This document shows positions 1-8,527 of a stretch of 64,000 nt of DNA, one piece after another (the first letter of the stretch is position 1; every line of letters starts with the position of its first letter). Location: assembly GCA_017447445.1 (NCBI GenBank), contig JAFSNK010000021.1, forward strand, positions 39,390 through 103,389, in the 5' to 3' direction. The stretch is from Clostridia bacterium. GTDB lineage: Bacteria; Bacillota; Clostridia; Oscillospirales; CAG-382. The notes below the pieces were generated by a model. The model was not told the origin of the DNA and did no database searches. It saw only the letters and a list, made by a program, of their open reading frames with translations. Made by a program: the position numbers and the translations under genes.

Positions 1-70
1 GATCAAGACTGTTGCCGCCGCGAAGGGTTCTTCCGTCAATACCGGCGATCTTCTGTTCGTTATCGGTTGA
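1..70 (+). CDS. 3' end (partial) of a biotin/lipoyl-attachment carrier subunit (BCCP-like) of the downstream decarboxylase
   Basis: Frame starting at nt 2 reads IKTVAAAKGSSVNTGDLLFVIG and stops at TGA 68-70. A hydrophobic GD-L-x-I tail is typical of biotinyl-domain C-termini. It sits directly upstream of the decarboxylase beta and carboxyltransferase genes. Confidence 0.45.
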   Translation, partial: IKTVAAAKGSSVNTGDLLFVIG

Positions 71-107
71 TCTTTCGGTAATTTTGCGAAAGAAAGGTGT
101 TAAATAA

Positions 108-1325
108 ATGTTAGACGCACTCAAGGGACTGTTCAACGGTTCCGGCTTCTCATCGCTTTTCTCGCCGACGGAATACTGGGGTTATGAATTCGCGTTCGAT
201 ATCGGCACCATAATAATGTACGTTATCATCGGCGTGCTTTTCTATCTTGCCATAGTCAAGAAATTCGAACCGCTGCTCCTGCTTCCGATAGCGTTCGGCA
301 TGCTGCTTGCAAATATCCCCACGATAAGCGACGCCGTCTTCCACAGCGACATATTCATCCGCGCGGAAGGTATCGACTGGGCGCGACTCGGTCACGAGGG
401 CGGACTTATAGACTATCTCTACCTCGGCGTTAAGCTCGGCGTATTCCCGCCGCTGATCTTCCTCGGCGTCGGCGCTATGACCGATTTCAAACCGCTTATC
501 GCCAATCCGAAAAGTCTGCTGCTCGGCGCGGCCGCGCAGCTCGGCGTGTTCGCCGCTTTCTTCGGAGCTCTTCTCCTCGGATTTACGGTCCCGGAAGCCG
601 CATCCATCGGTATTATCGGCGGCGCGGACGGTCCCACGGCCATATACGTTACCAAAACGCTCGCTCCGCATCTGCTCGGCGCTATCGCCATCGCTGCTTA
701 TTCCTATATGGCGCTCGTGCCGTTCATACAGCCGCCTATAATGAAGGCGTTCACCACAAAGAAAGAACGCTCCATCGTTATGGACCAGCTCCGTCCGGTT
801 TCCAAAACCGAGGAAGTGCTGTTCCCGATAATCGTCGCGCTCGTCGTAAGTCTTATCCTTCCGTCCGCGACGGCGCTCGTCGGTATGCTTATGCTCGGTA
901 ACCTGCTGCGCGTTTCCGGCGTTGCCGACAGACTTTCCAAGACCGCGCAGAACGAGCTTATGAACATCGTCACCATTATGCTCGGCGTTTCCGTTGGCGC
1001 CACCGCCAGCGCAAAGAACTTCCTTCAGGCGCAGACGCTTTATATAATCCTGCTCGGTCTCTGCGCGTTCGCGTTCGCAACGCTTGGCGGCGTTATATTC
1101 GGCAAGATAATGAGCTGGATCACCAAGGGCAAGATCAATCCGCTCATCGGTTCCGCGGGCGTTTCCGCCGTTCCCATGGCGGCGCGCGTTTCGCAGATGG
1201 TCGGTCAGAAGGAAAACCCCGCCAACTTCCTGCTTATGCACGCGATGGGCCCCAACGTTGCCGGAGTTATCGGCTCCGCCGTCGCAGCCGGCGTGTTCAT
1301 TGCAATGTTTTCCAATCTCGTTTGA
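108..1325 (+). CDS. oadB: Na+-translocating decarboxylase beta subunit (OadB/GcdB/MmdB family), polytopic membrane protein
   Basis: 405-aa multi-TM ORF with family-typical segments ([41 protein letters not shown]). Confidence 0.85.
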   Translation: MLDALKGLFNGSGFSSLFSPTEYWGYEFAFDIGTIIMYVIIGVLFYLAIVKKFEPLLLLPIAFGMLLANIPTISDAVFHSDIFIRAEGIDWARLGHEGGLIDYLYLGVKLGVFPPLIFLGVGAMTDFKPLIANPKSLLLGAAAQLGVFAAFFGALLLGFTVPEAASIGIIGGADGPTAIYVTKTLAPHLLGAIAIAAYSYMALVPFIQPPIMKAFTTKKERSIVMDQLRPVSKTEEVLFPIIVALVVSLILPSATALVGMLMLGNLLRVSGVADRLSKTAQNELMNIVTIMLGVSVGATASAKNFLQAQTLYIILLGLCAFAFATLGGVIFGKIMSWITKGKINPLIGSAGVSAVPMAARVSQMVGQKENPANFLLMHAMGPNVAGVIGSAVAAGVFIAMFSNLV

Positions 1326-1344
1326 TTTGTAAAGGAGTTTAATC

Positions 1345-2760
1345 ATGGCAAAGCAACTTAAAATAACCGAAACAGTCCTGCGCGACTCGCATCAGTCGCT
1401 CATAGCCACCAGAATGACCACCGCCGAAATGCTCGATATCCTTCCCGAACTCGATAAAGTCGGTTATCATTCTCTGGAGGCGTGGGGCGGCGCCACCTTC
1501 GATTCCTGCCTGCGTTTCCTTAACGAGGACCCGTGGGAGCGTCTGCGCACCATCCGCGCGAACGTCAAGAACACCAAACTCCAGATGCTCTTCCGCGGTC
1601 AGAATATACTCGGTTACCGTCATTACGCCGACGACGTCGTCGAATACTTCGTGCAGAAGTCAATCGCAAACGGTATAGATATTATCCGCATTTTCGACGC
1701 GCTCAACGATCCGCGCAACCTCAAAACGGCTATTAACGCCACCAAAAAAGAGGGTGGCCACGTTCAGGCGGCGATCTCCTACACCACCGGTCCGGTGTTC
1801 TCCAACGAATACTTCGCCAAATACGCCAAAACTCTGGAGGAAATGGGCGCGGACAGCATCTGCATAAAGGATATGGCGGGGCTTTTGAAGCCCTACGACG
1901 CGTTCGATCTCGTCACCGCTATAAAGTCTGTCTGCTCGATCCCCGTACAGCTCCACACTCACTACACCAGCGGACTCGCCTCCATGACGGTCCTCAAAGC
2001 CGTTGAAGCCGGCGTAGACGTTGTCGACTGCGCCATCTCCCCGATGGCTATGGGCACCTCGCAGCCCGCTACAGAACCTATCGTGGCTACTCTGCAGGGA
2101 ACTCCTTACGATACCGGGCTCGACCTCAAACAACTCGACGTTATCGCCAAGTATTTCGACAAACTCCGCGAAAAATACCTTAAATCCGGTCAGCTCGACC
2201 CGAAGGTCCTTAAAGTCAACGTCAACTCGCTTATGTACCAGGTCCCGGGCGGAATGCTTTCCAATCTTATCTCTCAGCTCAAACAGGCGGGCAAGAGCGA
2301 TAAGCTCCAGGAAGTGCTGGAGGAAGTTCCGCGCGTCCGTGAAGACGCGGGCTATCCTCCGCTCGTAACTCCCACTTCGCAGATCGTCGGCACCCAGGCG
2401 GTGTTCAACGTGCTTATGGGTGAGCGTTACAAGAACGTGACCAAGGAATTCAAAGGCCTCGTCCGCGGCGACTACGGCAAAACCCCCGTTGATATCAAGC
2501 CCGAATTCGTAAAGAAGATCATCGGCGACGAACCGCGTATAACCTCGCGCCCGGCGGACGCTATCGCTCCCGAAATGGATAAGCTCCGCGCCGAGCTCGG
2601 CGACAAGGCAAAGCAGGACGAAGACGTACTCTCCTACGCTCTGTTCGATCAGGTCGCTCTTAAATTCTTCGCGAAGCGCGATGAAGGCGACGTTATAAAA
2701 TCCGCTCTAGACGCCGCCAAGGACGCGAAGTATCACGTTAATATCCACGAAGTAAAATAA
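1345..2760 (+). CDS. Oxaloacetate decarboxylase alpha / pyruvate carboxylase subunit B-type carboxyltransferase (5S) domain protein, no biotinyl domain
   Basis: N-terminus KITETVLRDSHQSLIATRMTT and HTHYTSGLA are hallmark carboxyltransferase (HMGL-like/5S) motifs. RBS AAGGAG lies 8 nt upstream. The 471-aa length ends before any AMKM biotinylation motif. Confidence 0.85.
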   Translation: MAKQLKITETVLRDSHQSLIATRMTTAEMLDILPELDKVGYHSLEAWGGATFDSCLRFLNEDPWERLRTIRANVKNTKLQMLFRGQNILGYRHYADDVVEYFVQKSIANGIDIIRIFDALNDPRNLKTAINATKKEGGHVQAAISYTTGPVFSNEYFAKYAKTLEEMGADSICIKDMAGLLKPYDAFDLVTAIKSVCSIPVQLHTHYTSGLASMTVLKAVEAGVDVVDCAISPMAMGTSQPATEPIVATLQGTPYDTGLDLKQLDVIAKYFDKLREKYLKSGQLDPKVLKVNVNSLMYQVPGGMLSNLISQLKQAGKSDKLQEVLEEVPRVREDAGYPPLVTPTSQIVGTQAVFNVLMGERYKNVTKEFKGLVRGDYGKTPVDIKPEFVKKIIGDEPRITSRPADAIAPEMDKLRAELGDKAKQDEDVLSYALFDQVALKFFAKRDEGDVIKSALDAAKDAKYHVNIHEVK

Positions 2761-2789
2761 CGCGGGCCGCTTAAAGCGCCGCATAAAAA

Positions 2790-2824
2790 AGGACAGGAGC
2801 ACTCGCGCTCTTGTCCTTTTGTAT
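2790..2824 (+). terminator. Rho-independent terminator after the decarboxylase operon
   Basis: AGGACAGGAGC / GCTCTTGTCCT stem (one G-U pair) followed by TTTTGTATTT. Confidence 0.7.
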
Positions 2825-2909
2825 TTACGTTGTTCAAAACGTCGTTGGTAGAATTGATTATTATCTTCGCCCAAGTCGTACTCTATAAGCGTTACCTTTA
2901 AGGATCGTT

Positions 2910-3932
2910 TTATCTTTGTACCCTCCCGCTGCCGGAGCCCTTCATAAGCGCTTCGACTTCCGGTTCGGTCACCATATTGTAGTCGCCTTCTATCGAGTGT
3001 TTCAGGCAGGACGCCGCCACCGCGAATTCCAGCGCGTACCGGGCGTCTTTTCCGTTTGCGAGAGAATGTATCAGTCCGGCGCCGAAGCTGTCACCGCCGC
3101 CGACACGGTCGACTATGTGCATAGAATATTTTTTGGAAAAATACGCGTTTCCTTCGGTATAAAGCATCGCGCTCCAGTTATTGTCGTTGGCGGAAACGCT
3201 CTCGCGCAGAGTGATCGCAACTCCCTTGAATCCGAAGCGCTCGGAAAGCTGCTTCGCCACGCTGATATAGCCCTCGCGGTTAAGCTTTCCGGATTCGATA
3301 TCGCTGTTTTCCGCTTCTATACCGAAAACGTCCTTCGCGTCCTCTTCGTTGGCGATGCAGTAATCGACGTATTCGCAAAGCTCGTTCATCACTTTTCCCG
3401 CCTGCTCGCGCGTCCAAAGCTTTTTGCGGTAGTTCAGGTCGGTGGAAACGGTAAGTCCCATCGCTTTCGCGGCTTTGCAGGCGTCCAGCGTTATTCCGGC
3501 GACGTTCGCTCCGAGCGCGGGCGTGATCCCGGTGACATGGAACCAGCAGGCGCCTTCAAATATACTCTTCCAGTCAAAATCGCCTTTTGCCGCTTTTGCT
3601 ATCGCGGAATCGGCACGGTCGTAAATAACCTTGCTCGGTCGCTGCGAAGCGCCTTTTTCACAATAATAAATGCCCACGCGCTCGCCGCCGCGAACTATAC
3701 GCGAAGTATCAACGCCGAATCTGCGCAGCGAATTCACTGCCATTTGTCCGATCTCGTGGGAGGGAAGCTTTGTAACGTATACCGCATCGTCGCCGTAGTT
3801 GGCAAGACTGACAGCAACGTTTGCTTCCGCGCCGCCGAAGGTGGCTTCGAACTTATCGGTCTGAACGAATCTGTCGTAGTTAAACGGTGCAAGGCGAAGC
3901 ATTAACTCGCCGAAAGTTACAATTTTTTTCAT
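2910..3932 (-). CDS. kdgK: 2-dehydro-3-deoxygluconokinase (PfkB family)
   Basis: 340 aa. N-terminus KIVTFGELMLRL, GGAEANVAVSLA, and C-terminal VDRVGGGDSFGAGLI (PfkB ATP-site motif). Its start overlaps the eda stop. Confidence 0.85.
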   Translation of the reverse strand: MKKIVTFGELMLRLAPFNYDRFVQTDKFEATFGGAEANVAVSLANYGDDAVYVTKLPSHEIGQMAVNSLRRFGVDTSRIVRGGERVGIYYCEKGASQRPSKVIYDRADSAIAKAAKGDFDWKSIFEGACWFHVTGITPALGANVAGITLDACKAAKAMGLTVSTDLNYRKKLWTREQAGKVMNELCEYVDYCIANEEDAKDVFGIEAENSDIESGKLNREGYISVAKQLSERFGFKGVAITLRESVSANDNNWSAMLYTEGNAYFSKKYSMHIVDRVGGGDSFGAGLIHSLANGKDARYALEFAVAASCLKHSIEGDYNMVTEPEVEALMKGSGSGRVQR

Positions 3933-4513
3933 TTCAGTTTCTCCATAAGCTTTTTGGTATTTTCTGCAATATCGCCTTTCATTATAAACGAGCCGCCGAT
4001 CGCCTTTATCCTGTCAAAAGCAAGGAATTCGTCAATGTTGTTCATATCGACGCCGCCCGTCGGGATAAAGCGCACCTGCGGGAACGGAGCGGAAAGCGCT
4101 TTTAACGCTTTCAATCCGCCGTAAACGCCCGCGGGGAAGAATTTTAAATCCGTCAACCCGAGCGATATGGCTTTCATTATTTCCGTGGGCGTAACGCAGC
4201 CGGGAAAATAGTGAACGCCTTTTTCTTTGCATACCGCGGCGACTTCCTCGCTTAACCCCGGCGAAACTATGAATTCCGCGCCGGCAGCAATCGCACGCTC
4301 GCATTGTTCGCCGTTTATCACGGTCCCCGCGCCTATGCACATATCGGGCAGCTCCATGCGTCCCAAGCATATCGCTTCCTCCGCGCAAGCCGTGCGGAAG
4401 GTAATTTCCGCGCAGGGAAGTCCTCCTTCGCAAAGCGCTTTCAGAGTCGGCAGCGCGTCTTCGATCTCTTTGATAACAACAACGGGTATAAATCTGAATT
4501 CGTCGATCCTCAT
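3929..4513 (-). CDS. eda: KDPG / 4-hydroxy-2-oxoglutarate aldolase
   Basis: 194 aa with AEITFRT, GAGTV, FPGCVTPTE and KFFPA motifs of the Eda family. Start and stop overlap uxuA and kdgK. Confidence 0.85.
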   Translation of the reverse strand: MRIDEFRFIPVVVIKEIEDALPTLKALCEGGLPCAEITFRTACAEEAICLGRMELPDMCIGAGTVINGEQCERAIAAGAEFIVSPGLSEEVAAVCKEKGVHYFPGCVTPTEIMKAISLGLTDLKFFPAGVYGGLKALKALSAPFPQVRFIPTGGVDMNNIDEFLAFDRIKAIGGSFIMKGDIAENTKKLMEKLK

Positions 4514-5544
4514 TTTTTGTCTCCTTCAAAAGCTTCGAATAATCCGCACAGATAGCAGGCGCCCATTGCGCGGTCGTATAATCCGTATCCCGGTTTTGCG
4601 CTTTCGCCCCATACGTTCCTTCCGTGGTCGGGGCGGACGTAACCGACGAACCCGTTTTCGACAAGCGCCTTTACAACAGAGCGTATATCAATGTCTCCGC
4701 AGCGCGTCTGGTGGCCGTTTTCGTAAAAATCGGTGCCGTTTATGTATTTCAACTGCCTTAAATGGGCGAAGTGTATCCGCTTCGCGTATTTCGCGGCGAT
4801 TTTTACCAGATCGTTGCTTCTGCCCGCGCCGAGCGATCCGGTGCAAAGCGTTAAACCATTGTGAAGGTCCGGGACCGCCTCAAAAAGCTTATCAAGGCCG
4901 CTTTCGCCGCATATTATGCGCGGCAGACCGAAAACGTCGCGGGGCGGATCGTCCGGGTGTACGGCCATAGTTATTCCGGTTTCCGCGCATACCGGCATTA
5001 TCGCTTTAAGAAAATATATAAGATTGTCAAACAGCTTTTCGTGCGTAACGTTCTTGTATTTTTCCAGCAAACCGTTCAGCTCGGAAGGGGAGTAGCTTTC
5101 GTCCCAGCCGGGTAGACGCAGGTTTTTCGGATCGAGCGCGGCAAAATCGCTTTCGCTGAAAGCGAGCGATTCCGAGCCGTCCTTGTGCTTAAAATGCAGA
5201 TCGGTCCGCAGCCAGTCGAACACCGGCATAAAATTGTAGCAAACGCATTTTACGCCGACTTCCGCACAGCGGCGCAGGTTCTCTTTGAAAGCTTCTATGT
5301 ATTTGTCACGCGTCGGCAGTCCGAGCTTTATGTCCTCGTGGACCGGGATGCTTTCGATCACTTCCATTTCAAGCCCTTCGCTTTCGCAAAGCGATTTGAG
5401 CTTTTTCAACGCCTCGCGCGGCCACACTTCGCCGACGGGGACGTCGTAGACCGCGGTAACCACGCCCGAAACGCCCTGTATCTGCTTTATATATGAAAGC
5501 GGTATGCAATCATTTTCGCCGTACCAGCGAAACGTCATTTTCAT
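4510..5544 (-). CDS. uxuA: Mannonate dehydratase
   Basis: 344 aa. N-terminus MKMTFRWYGENDCIPLSYIKQI is typical of UxuA. First gene of the uxuA-eda-kdgK operon. Confidence 0.85.
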   Translation of the reverse strand: MKMTFRWYGENDCIPLSYIKQIQGVSGVVTAVYDVPVGEVWPREALKKLKSLCESEGLEMEVIESIPVHEDIKLGLPTRDKYIEAFKENLRRCAEVGVKCVCYNFMPVFDWLRTDLHFKHKDGSESLAFSESDFAALDPKNLRLPGWDESYSPSELNGLLEKYKNVTHEKLFDNLIYFLKAIMPVCAETGITMAVHPDDPPRDVFGLPRIICGESGLDKLFEAVPDLHNGLTLCTGSLGAGRSNDLVKIAAKYAKRIHFAHLRQLKYINGTDFYENGHQTRCGDIDIRSVVKALVENGFVGYVRPDHGRNVWGESAKPGYGLYDRAMGACYLCGLFEAFEGDKK

Positions 5545-5582
5545 AATTGAACGCTCCTTTCAGTCCGTATACCATACTTTAC

Positions 5583-5653
5583 CACAAACTTTCGCGTTTG
5601 TGAAGTGCTAATTTTCAATTTCTATTGAAATGTTTTATCAGATATGTTAAAAT
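5583..5653 (+). promoter_or_regulatory. Divergent control region: two perfect inverted repeats plus a sigma-A-type promoter for the lyxose isomerase gene
   Basis: IR1 is CACAAAC-N6-GTTTGTG (5583-5602). IR2 is TTTCAAT-TTCT-ATTGAAA (5613-5630). Promoter: -35 TTGAAA (5625-5630, inside the IR2 right arm), 17-nt spacer, -10 TAAAAT (5648-5653). Confidence 0.55.
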
Positions 5654-5677
5654 ATCAAAAAACAAACGGAGGTTTTT

Positions 5678-6355
5678 ATGAAACGTTCGGAAATTAATAA
5701 GATCATAAAAGAAAATATCGCGTTCATCAAAAAAATGAACTTCAATCTGCCGCCTTTCGCTTATTTCACACCGGATGAATGGAAGGAAAAGGGAAGCGAA
5801 TACGACGAGATCCGCGAGAATATGCTCGGCTGGGACGTTACCGATTACGGACACGGAGATTATAAAAACATCGGACTTTTCCTCTTTACCATCCGCAACG
5901 GCAACCTTAAAACGCACAGCAGGAAGACCTATGCAGAAAAGCTGCTTATTTCCGATGAGGACCAGTATTCTCCGATGCATTTCCATTTCAACAAAATGGA
6001 AGATATTATAAACCGCGGCGGCGGCAACCTTATCGTAGAGGTGTATAACTCCACCGAGGACGAACAGCTTGCCGATACCGACGTAAACGTCCATATCGAC
6101 GGACGCTCATATTTCGTTCCCGCGGGGACGAAGATCCGTCTTGCTCCCGGGGAAAGCATCACGCTCCCGCCCCGCCAGTACCACGCTTTCTGGGCGGAAA
6201 AGGGATACGGCAAGGTGCTTATCGGCGAAGTGTCAATGGTAAACGACGATAACTGCGATAACCGCTTTTACGAACCTCAGGGAAGATTCCCCACCATCGA
6301 AGAAGACGAACCCCCGGTCTATCTCCTTTGCAACGAGTATCCGAAAAATCAATAA
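5678..6355 (+). CDS. D-lyxose/D-mannose family sugar isomerase (cupin)
   Basis: 225 aa. N-terminus MKRSEINKIIKENIAFIKKMNFNLPPFAYFTPDEW and the HFH...E cupin metal motif (SPMHFHFNKMEDII) are characteristic of YdaE-type lyxose isomerases. RBS GGAGG is present. Confidence 0.75.
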   Translation: MKRSEINKIIKENIAFIKKMNFNLPPFAYFTPDEWKEKGSEYDEIRENMLGWDVTDYGHGDYKNIGLFLFTIRNGNLKTHSRKTYAEKLLISDEDQYSPMHFHFNKMEDIINRGGGNLIVEVYNSTEDEQLADTDVNVHIDGRSYFVPAGTKIRLAPGESITLPPRQYHAFWAEKGYGKVLIGEVSMVNDDNCDNRFYEPQGRFPTIEEDEPPVYLLCNEYPKNQ

Positions 6356-6367
6356 GACCTGTCATCC

Positions 6368-6398
6368 GGCGCCGCATCTCCCGCGGCGCCGTTTTTTT
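6368..6398 (+). terminator. Rho-independent terminator
   Basis: GGCGCCGC / GCGGCGCC stem followed by a T7 run. Confidence 0.75.
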
Positions 6399-6463
6399 AT
6401 CATATTTTTAATATTATAATAGTAAGTATACTAAATAAAACAAAAAGAAACGAAAACAAAAAG

Positions 6464-6499
6464 CTTCCGGCAGGTTAAATATCCTGCCGGAAGTTTTTT
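6464..6499. terminator. Bidirectional terminator hairpin
   Basis: CTTCCGGCAGG / CCTGCCGGAAG perfect 11-bp stem, flanked by an A-run on the left and a T-run on the right. Confidence 0.75.
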
Positions 6500-6527
6500 A
6501 CCGTTTATTGAATTAAAGAATATTGAA

Positions 6528-7580
6528 TTACAGATCCAGTTTAAGATCGCCCTGACGGATCCAACCGAGCTTGCGCATTATTTCGCTGAAAAGTAAAGTC
6601 AACGCGGCGGGGAGCAAAAAGCAAAGAAGTATGAGTCCGAGCCAGAACATAAAGCCCTTGTCCTCCGCGGCGGCTATCGCTCCCAAAGGCCCCACAAGCC
6701 CGCAGGTGCCCATTCCGGCGGCGACCTTCTCGTTGGTCAGCTTGAATACCAGTGTCGAAACCGGACCGAGTATGGCGGACGAGAGCAGGGTGGGCAGCCA
6801 AACGACCGGGCGCTTTATGATATTCCCCATTTGAAGCATCGAAGTGCCGAGCCCCTGTGCAACGAGTCCGCCCCAGCGGTTCTCGCGAAAGCTCATTACC
6901 GCGAATCCGACCATCTGACAGCAGCAGCCGACCGTCGCGGCGCCGCCCGCCAGTCCGGTGATGCCTATCATCGCGCATATCGCCGCTGAGCTTATCGGAA
7001 GCGTAAGCAGCATACCGACAACAACGGATATGATTATTCCCATAAAGAACGGATGAAGTTCGGTGGTCGTGTTTATGAATTGTCCGAGATGATACATCGC
7101 GTAAGCGATCGCCGGGCAGAGGAGCTGCGCTACGGCAAAGCCGGAAACGATAGTAACTATCGGCGTAACAAGTATATCGACCTTCGTTTCCTTGTTAACG
7201 AGTTTTCCGAGCTCGCAGGAAATAACGACCGCGACAAAAGCGCCCGCAGGTCCCGCCGTATAAGATGCGCCGTTTACCGTGGCGCCGATCATATACCCGA
7301 ACGCGCCTACTACGGACGAAGAGAAAAGTACAAGTCCGGAAGCTTTTAACGAATACGCCACCGCGACGCCTATGCAGGCGCCTACCACCTTGCCGTCCAT
7401 TGCAAACGAAGCGATATCCTTTAAAAACTGCGCGTGCGTCCAATCGCCGAGCGTATTAAGGATGGTGCCGACGAGCAGGGAAGCGAACAACCCCTGCGCC
7501 ATCGCGCCCATCGCGGTCACGAAATACGTCTTCCAGGAAAGGTTTATTTCTTTTTTCTTAAGGTATTCGCGAAATTTCAC
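6528..7580 (-). CDS. PTS EIIC-like (PTS_EIIC_2-type) polytopic membrane protein; start moved to GTG 7580
   Basis: Multi-TM ORF with AMGAMAQGLFASLLVGTIL near the N-terminus. GGAGG lies 7 nt upstream of GTG at 7580. The ATG at 7637 used in the ORF track lies inside the -35 box of the gene's own promoter. Confidence 0.6.
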   Translation of the reverse strand: MKFREYLKKKEINLSWKTYFVTAMGAMAQGLFASLLVGTILNTLGDWTHAQFLKDIASFAMDGKVVGACIGVAVAYSLKASGLVLFSSSVVGAFGYMIGATVNGASYTAGPAGAFVAVVISCELGKLVNKETKVDILVTPIVTIVSGFAVAQLLCPAIAYAMYHLGQFINTTTELHPFFMGIIISVVVGMLLTLPISSAAICAMIGITGLAGGAATVGCCCQMVGFAVMSFRENRWGGLVAQGLGTSMLQMGNIIKRPVVWLPTLLSSAILGPVSTLVFKLTNEKVAAGMGTCGLVGPLGAIAAAEDKGFMFWLGLILLCFLLPAALTLLFSEIMRKLGWIRQGDLKLDL

Positions 7581-7608
7581 TGCGGCACCTCCGAATCGGT
7601 ATAGGAAT

Positions 7609-7637
7609 ATTTTATATATTCGCAGCATCGATGTCAA
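7609..7637 (-). promoter_or_regulatory. Near-consensus sigma-A promoter for the EIIC-like gene
   Basis: On the minus strand: TTGACA (7637-7632), 17-nt spacer, TAAAAT (7614-7609). Confidence 0.6.
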
Positions 7638-7691
7638 GTGCCGTTATATTAAAAAATCAAAAGAAAGAGCCGGCCGTTTAGTGCATTTTCT

Positions 7692-8465
7692 TCAACTCAG
7701 CATCTTTTTTACCTTGTCGAGCGCGCTTTTTTCAAGCCGGCTGACCTGCGCCTGGGATATCCCGATCTCCTCCGAGACCTCTGTCTGCGTCTTTCCGCGA
7801 TAAAAGCGCAAAAGCAATATCATTCTTTCGCGCTCCGCAAGCGAGCTTACGGCGTTCTTTATCGCAATACGCTCAAGCCACGCCTCGTCGCTGTCGCTGC
7901 TGTCTTTTATCTGATCGAGAACGTAAACCGAATCGCCGTTGTCCGAATACACCGGTTCATAAAGAGAAATCGGCTCCGAAACGGCGTCCATCGCCCGCGC
8001 GACCGCGCGCGGATCCTCGCCAATGCATTTTGCGATCTCTTCCACGGTGGGCTCCATATTCAGTTCGGAAGTGAGCGTTTCGCGGCATTTGAGCGCGCGG
8101 AAAGCAAGATCGCGCATCGAACGCGGGACGCGGATGGAGCTGTTGTCGCGCAGATACCTGCGTATCTCGCCGACGATCATCGGATAAGCGTATGTGGTGA
8201 ACTGAAGCTTCAGCGTCGGGTCAAAATGATCTACGGCTTTAATAAGCCCGATACACCCGACCTGAAACAGATCGTCCGGGTTTTCGCCCCGGTTGCGGAA
8301 AGACTGAATAATGCTCAGTACGAGCCGCAGATTTCCGTTTATCAGCTGTTCGCGCGCGTTTTTGTCCCCGTCGCGCATTTTTTCAAAAAGAATACTCTTT
8401 TCTTTTTCCGAAAGAACCTTTAATTTTGAAGTGTTTACGCCGCATATTTCAACTTTACCGTACAT
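7692..8465 (-). CDS. sigG: Sporulation (forespore) sigma factor SigG
   Basis: KVEICGVNTSKLKVL, GNLRLVLSIIQSF, DDLFQVGCIGLIKAVDHFD, GEIRRYLRDNSSIRVPRSMRD and GKTQTEVSEEIGISQAQVSRLEK match my recollection of B. subtilis SigG much better than SigF, SigE or SigK. Confidence 0.85.
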   Translation of the reverse strand: MYGKVEICGVNTSKLKVLSEKEKSILFEKMRDGDKNAREQLINGNLRLVLSIIQSFRNRGENPDDLFQVGCIGLIKAVDHFDPTLKLQFTTYAYPMIVGEIRRYLRDNSSIRVPRSMRDLAFRALKCRETLTSELNMEPTVEEIAKCIGEDPRAVARAMDAVSEPISLYEPVYSDNGDSVYVLDQIKDSSDSDEAWLERIAIKNAVSSLAERERMILLLRFYRGKTQTEVSEEIGISQAQVSRLEKSALDKVKKMLS

Positions 8466-8471
8466 AAAAAA

Positions 8472-8512
8472 CCTCCGGAAGGGTACTCATAATGAGTTTT
8501 CCCGTTCCGGAG
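8472..8512 (-). terminator. Strong hairpin plus U6 immediately upstream of the sigG start; its 3' arm contains the sigG Shine-Dalgarno
   Basis: Minus-strand RNA: CUCCGGAACGGG..(ACUC AUUAU GAGU)..CCCUUCCGGAGG UUUUUU AUG. This gives 11 bp (one bulge) plus an inner 4-bp stem. The GGAGG SD overlaps the 3' arm and the U-tract is the SD-AUG spacer. Confidence 0.65.
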
Positions 8513-8527
8513 AAAATAATTCCGATT

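Noticed and set aside
150-1346. 398-aa ORF antisense to the decarboxylase beta subunit gene
   Set aside because: It mirrors a clearly recognisable membrane protein gene on the other strand. Its translation is Arg/Gly/Glu-rich low-complexity, typical of antisense frames in GC-rich DNA, and it has no RBS.
7581-7637. N-terminal extension MTSMLRIYKIFLYRFGGAA of the EIIC-like ORF. Similar upstream extensions occur in the ORF track for the histidine kinase (to 9991), the Zn-ribbon protein (to 11748), DUF378 (to 19471), trmB (from 19465), leuA (from 25437), the membrane protein (from 36570) and hprK (to 53407).
   Set aside because: The extended starts overlap promoters or upstream genes and lack SD sequences. 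Internal starts with GGAG/GGAGG at 6-8 nt spacing give proteins with family-typical N-termini.
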